DNA of 64,000 nt from a virus (Duplodnaviria; Caudoviricetes), in the IMG/VR virus record IMGVR_UViG_3300020369_000001, positions 8,840 through 72,839 of that record. One strand, written 5' to 3'. The notes beneath the pieces are model-generated. The model had not been told where the DNA came from, ran no database searches, and saw nothing but the letters and a program-made list of their open reading frames with translations. The position numbers and the translations under genes were made by a program. This document shows, piece by piece, positions 60,896 through 64,000 of this stretch (position 1 is its first letter; the number at the start of each line of letters is the position of its first letter).

Positions 60896-61360
60896 ATGAA
60901 GCTAGGCACATTTAGTCCTACGGATATAGTCTTAGCTATTAACGATTATGTTATTAGTGACTTCTCTTCTGAATCCTTCTTAGAACTTACTAAAAACTCC
61001 CCATACTTTAGACAGGTTAGAGGTATACGTGGTAAACATACCCGCGTAGCTAATCGTGATAAGTCGGGAGTTTTACGTTTCCAGTTAATGCAAACTTCAC
61101 CTCAAAATGATGTGCTAAGTGACCTTGTGACTGCTGATATGGAGTCACAGACAGCATTGCTTAATGTAACACTTAGAGACGTTGGAGGCACTACTGGAAT
61201 ACAGCTTGTCAATGCTTATGTAGATGGACCACCTAATAAATCATACCAAGGTTCTTCTACAACAGCTAATGAGTGGGTTATCAATTATGATGCGATTGGT
61301 CGTTATCATGTTGGTGGAAATCAGAAGAGTCCTTTGGACTTTCTTTCAAATCTATTTTAA
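60896..61360 (+). CDS. Tail tube-like protein, paralog 3
   Basis: TFSP...LMQTSPQNDVLS...NEW. Confidence 0.65.
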   Translation: MKLGTFSPTDIVLAINDYVISDFSSESFLELTKNSPYFRQVRGIRGKHTRVANRDKSGVLRFQLMQTSPQNDVLSDLVTADMESQTALLNVTLRDVGGTTGIQLVNAYVDGPPNKSYQGSSTTANEWVINYDAIGRYHVGGNQKSPLDFLSNLF

Positions 61361-61385
61361 ATTTAATACTGTGAGGTAATAATCT

Positions 61386-61757
61386 ATGCGCGATACAAAA
61401 GAAATTACTATCAAAGATAATAAATATCAGATTACACAATTTGGCGGTCGTCAGGGGCTGCGCCTCGGAAAAAAAGTTGCTAAGGTGATGTTACCAGCTT
61501 TAGCAGCAGCTTACAAAAAAGGTTCAGCAGAACCCTCGTTAGGTGATCTTCTTGAGGCAGCAGCAAGCCATCTTGATGATATTGATGAGAAGACTATCGA
61601 AGAACTCTTATCATTAACCACCAAGAATAAGTTTGCTATTGACTTTGACAATGAGTTTGCAGGTGATTATGGAACACTCTTAACATTGCTTTGGGAGGTG
61701 ATTTCATTTAACTTTGCAGATTTTTTGCAAGAGGCCCAAGAAGGTATGCCGCAGTAA
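61386..61757 (+). CDS. Tail assembly chaperone (G-like)
   Basis: Between tube and tape-measure genes; slippery T TTT TTG at 61721-61727. Confidence 0.75.
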   Translation: MRDTKEITIKDNKYQITQFGGRQGLRLGKKVAKVMLPALAAAYKKGSAEPSLGDLLEAAASHLDDIDEKTIEELLSLTTKNKFAIDFDNEFAGDYGTLLTLLWEVISFNFADFLQEAQEGMPQ

Positions 61758-62029
61758 AAGCGTCACAACAATCTTCTGATAACAATGGGCAGCAGCAATC
61801 TAAACAAAGCAATGTTCATAGAGTATGGAAGAACTTTACAGAGACTTCCGATATGGAGCCTGAAGTTTACCTCATTGTTTCTAAGGGTAAGGCATCTGTT
61901 GTTGAGTTAGATAGAGATTACTCAGTAACGGATGTTTATGACTTGTTAGAGATAATTGATCTAGAGGCTGACATTGAACAGGCTGCTGAGAAGGATGCTG
62001 AGAGAGCAAAACCTAGAGGTGGCCGCTAA
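61721..62029 (+). CDS. -1 frameshift extension of the tail assembly chaperone (GT-like)
   Basis: The -1 frame is open from the heptamer to TAA 62027-62029: FARGPRRYAAVKAS...MEPEVYLIVSKGKASVVELDRDYSVTDVYDLLEIID... Confidence 0.75.
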   Translation, partial: FFARGPRRYAAVKASQQSSDNNGQQQSKQSNVHRVWKNFTETSDMEPEVYLIVSKGKASVVELDRDYSVTDVYDLLEIIDLEADIEQAAEKDAERAKPRGGR

Positions 62030-62065
62030 TTATAACTTTTAAATACATATAAGAGGGTTTATAAT

Positions 62066-63318
62066 ATGGCCGGATCACCAATTGCAACGTTGTTTGCAAG
62101 GTTGGGTTTTCAGGTTGATAAGAAGGGTTTGCAAGCTTTTGAAGGTCACTTGCAAACCCTTCGCAGAGATATTAACAAGATGGGCACTGCGCAAGCTGCC
62201 ACGTCTAAACAGTATACGAAAGGTGTTAATCAATCTGCTAGAGCTACACAAAACCTAACTAAAGATACCGAGAAGCTTCAGTCAAGACTTGATGGTATTT
62301 TACGGTCTTATGGCAAAGTGCCTGTATCACTTGACCGTGCCAGAAAAGATATGCAAGCAGTTAGAGGTATGTTTTCTGATGGAGATATTGACAGAGCGCA
62401 ATTAGCCTCTGCACAGGCTCGTATCCAACAACGTATTGATACACTTGTTCAAGCTGATAATAAACGCACTCAGAGAGTCCTTGGTAATATCTCCAAGGAA
62501 CAACAAGGCTTAAAAAGAATAAGAAATGACTACTCAGAAATTAACCGTGAATACAGACGTGGTAATGTTTCTTATGAAAGACGTGCTGAGTTGCTTGGGG
62601 GTCTTCGACAAGAGTATAGGAGACAACAACAATTTATAAAACCTGAGCATAAACGTGCAAACTTATTAGAACAAATTGAAAAGCGTTATGACAGGCATGG
62701 TAAGCAACTAAGACAAATACGTAGAGACTTCTCTTATGTAAATACTCAGTACAAAAGTGGTAATATATCTCTTGAAAGACGTAATGAATTACTTGGAGAT
62801 CAATATAGACGCTATCGTGATATACAACGTATAGAGCGGCGTCAAAGAGCTACTGGAAGCCGTGTAGGAAGAGCTGGTGGGATTTATGCAGGTGGTGCTG
62901 ATCCTAGACAAGTAGGAAACCACCGCTTGATAAGTGCGCTGCACAGTGACGTTGGCTTAGGAACAATGGTTGCAGGTTTTGGTGCTGTACAGTCTTCCTT
63001 AGCTTATCAAAACTATGTGGCAATGGAACAGGGTTTGGTTGCTGTAACAGGAAGCGCCGAAGAAGCTGGCAAGCAATTCGAGTATCTACATAGCGTTTCT
63101 GACAAGCTTGGTGTGAACATTACTAGTTTAGGTAGTGCCTACACACAATTTGCAGCAGCTATGAAAGGGTCTGATTTACAGACTGGCGAAATGCAAGAAA
63201 CCTTCGAAGGTTTTGTCTCGTATGCGAGGGTGTTGAATCTCTCGGCAGCAGACATGGACGGAGTTTTCCGAAGCGTTATTCAGATGGCGAACAAAGGCCA
63301 GATAATGGCCGAAGAGCT
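62066..63318 (+). CDS. Tape measure protein, exon 1
   Basis: IATLFARLGFQVD N-terminus; helical repeats; tape-measure motif QMANKGQIMAEEL breaks off at the intron. Confidence 0.85.
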
Positions 63319-64000
63319 TGATTCTAGGCTCGCTGCACAGTAATGTGCAGGCAATAATCCATTTTTATGCTGGAAACCCCTAAAGCTTGACAGACCACAA
63401 CGTAATGTGTGAACATAAGCGTGACGGTTTGAAAACTGTCAAGATATTACAATGGGCAATCAGCAGCGAAGAAATCTTAGAAATCGCTCTGAATTACAGT
63501 AGGAGATTAGTATGAACGAATTTAAAATAAGCGGTGTTTTAGTACGAACTGTTCCAGACGCTCCAAATTATGCGGTGTCAAAATGTGGAAGGGTCTTTCG
63601 TATTGATACAGAAAAAGAGATGACAAGAACTCCCAGGGGGAAGCCTCTATATCTCAATTTTCGCACATCCCACAGCAATGTTACAGGCTTCTACAGATTG
63701 CACATAGCTGTTGCTAAAGCGTGGCTACCCCCAAAGGAGAACGAAAGACAGGTAGATGTCAATCACAAAGATGGAAACAAGTTTAACAATCATGCGGAAA
63801 ACCTTGAGTGGGTCACAAAGTCTCAAAACCAGCGTCACGCTCTCGACATGGGATTAAAACAGTCTGGTGAAGACCTGTACAATTCCAGCATGACCAATGA
63901 CATTGCACACCTAGTCTGTCAAGAATTACAAGAAGGTATTAGAGTCAAGGACGTGGCAGATAAATATGGGCTAACTAAGGATGTTGTACGCAAAATAAAG
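63319..64000 (+). mobile_element. Group I intron (IA-like), 5' part; continues beyond the window
   Basis: P1 GAGCU^U/AGGCUC with U-G splice pair; P2 CTGCACA-GTAA-TGTGCAG; P element ATGCTGGAAA; P5a CTTGACAG/CTGTCAAG; Q element GGGCAATCAGCAG. Confidence 0.85.
63512..64000 (+). CDS. Intron-encoded NUMOD4-HNH endonuclease (3' end outside the window; not in the ORF track)
   Basis: AGGAG SD; MNEFKISG...PNYAVSKCGRV...LHIAVAKAWL...VNHKDGNKFNNHAENLEWVTKSQNQRHA. Confidence 0.88.
   Translation, partial: MNEFKISGVLVRTVPDAPNYAVSKCGRVFRIDTEKEMTRTPRGKPLYLNFRTSHSNVTGFYRLHIAVAKAWLPPKENERQVDVNHKDGNKFNNHAENLEWVTKSQNQRHALDMGLKQSGEDLYNSSMTNDIAHLVCQELQEGIRVKDVADKYGLTKDVVRKIK

Noticed and set aside
62400-62860. 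Internal repeats in the TMP as a novel repeat element
   Set aside because: These are ordinary duplicated helical segments (e.g. YRRGNVSYERRAELLG and YKSGNISLERRNELLG), typical of tape-measure proteins.
63319-63343. True end of a 425-aa tape-measure protein at TAA 63341-63343
   Set aside because: The stop lies inside the intron P2 stem-loop, right after a truncated conserved TMP motif.
1-64000. CRISPR array, integrase or reverse transcriptase
   Set aside because: No regularly spaced repeats, no tyrosine/serine recombinase motifs and no YxDD RT-like ORF were seen in the track or by eye.

Overview
A 64 kb piece of a lytic, AT-rich dsDNA tailed phage genome. The DUF3383-type sheath and tube genes indicate a myovirus. 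The host is probably Gram-negative (lipoprotein and GH24 lysis genes); the acidic proteome hints at a saline habitat, but that is inference. Layout: tail fibres and lysis (1-7.5 kb, +); nucleotide metabolism and replication (7.5-24.6 kb, -: glutaredoxin, intein-containing NrdA, ATP-cone-fused NrdB, nucleases, SSB, family-B DNA polymerase, primase-helicase, PhoH, DenV); small + strand genes (25-29.7 kb); a promoter-dense early cassette between long non-coding flanks (30-34.7 kb); a - strand block with a PIF1-like helicase, ThyX and an Ntn-hydrolase-like protein (34.7-44.4 kb); two tRNA genes; then terminase, portal, head, neck and tail genes up to a tape-measure gene that is interrupted by a group I intron at the right edge. 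No integrase, CRISPR array or reverse transcriptase was seen. The most unusual observations are: (1) a tRNA-Arg(UCU) whose D-arm appears rewired; (2) a tail-fibre tip with the codon footprint of DGR mutagenesis but no template repeat or RT in the window; (3) a group I intron carrying an HNH gene inside the tape-measure gene; (4) a class Id-like RNR with the ATP cone on the beta subunit; (5) an N4-like portal remnant marking an imported tailspike module; (6) a duplicated AT-rich element at both divergent-promoter junctions. All family assignments come from motifs recognised by eye; no searches were run.
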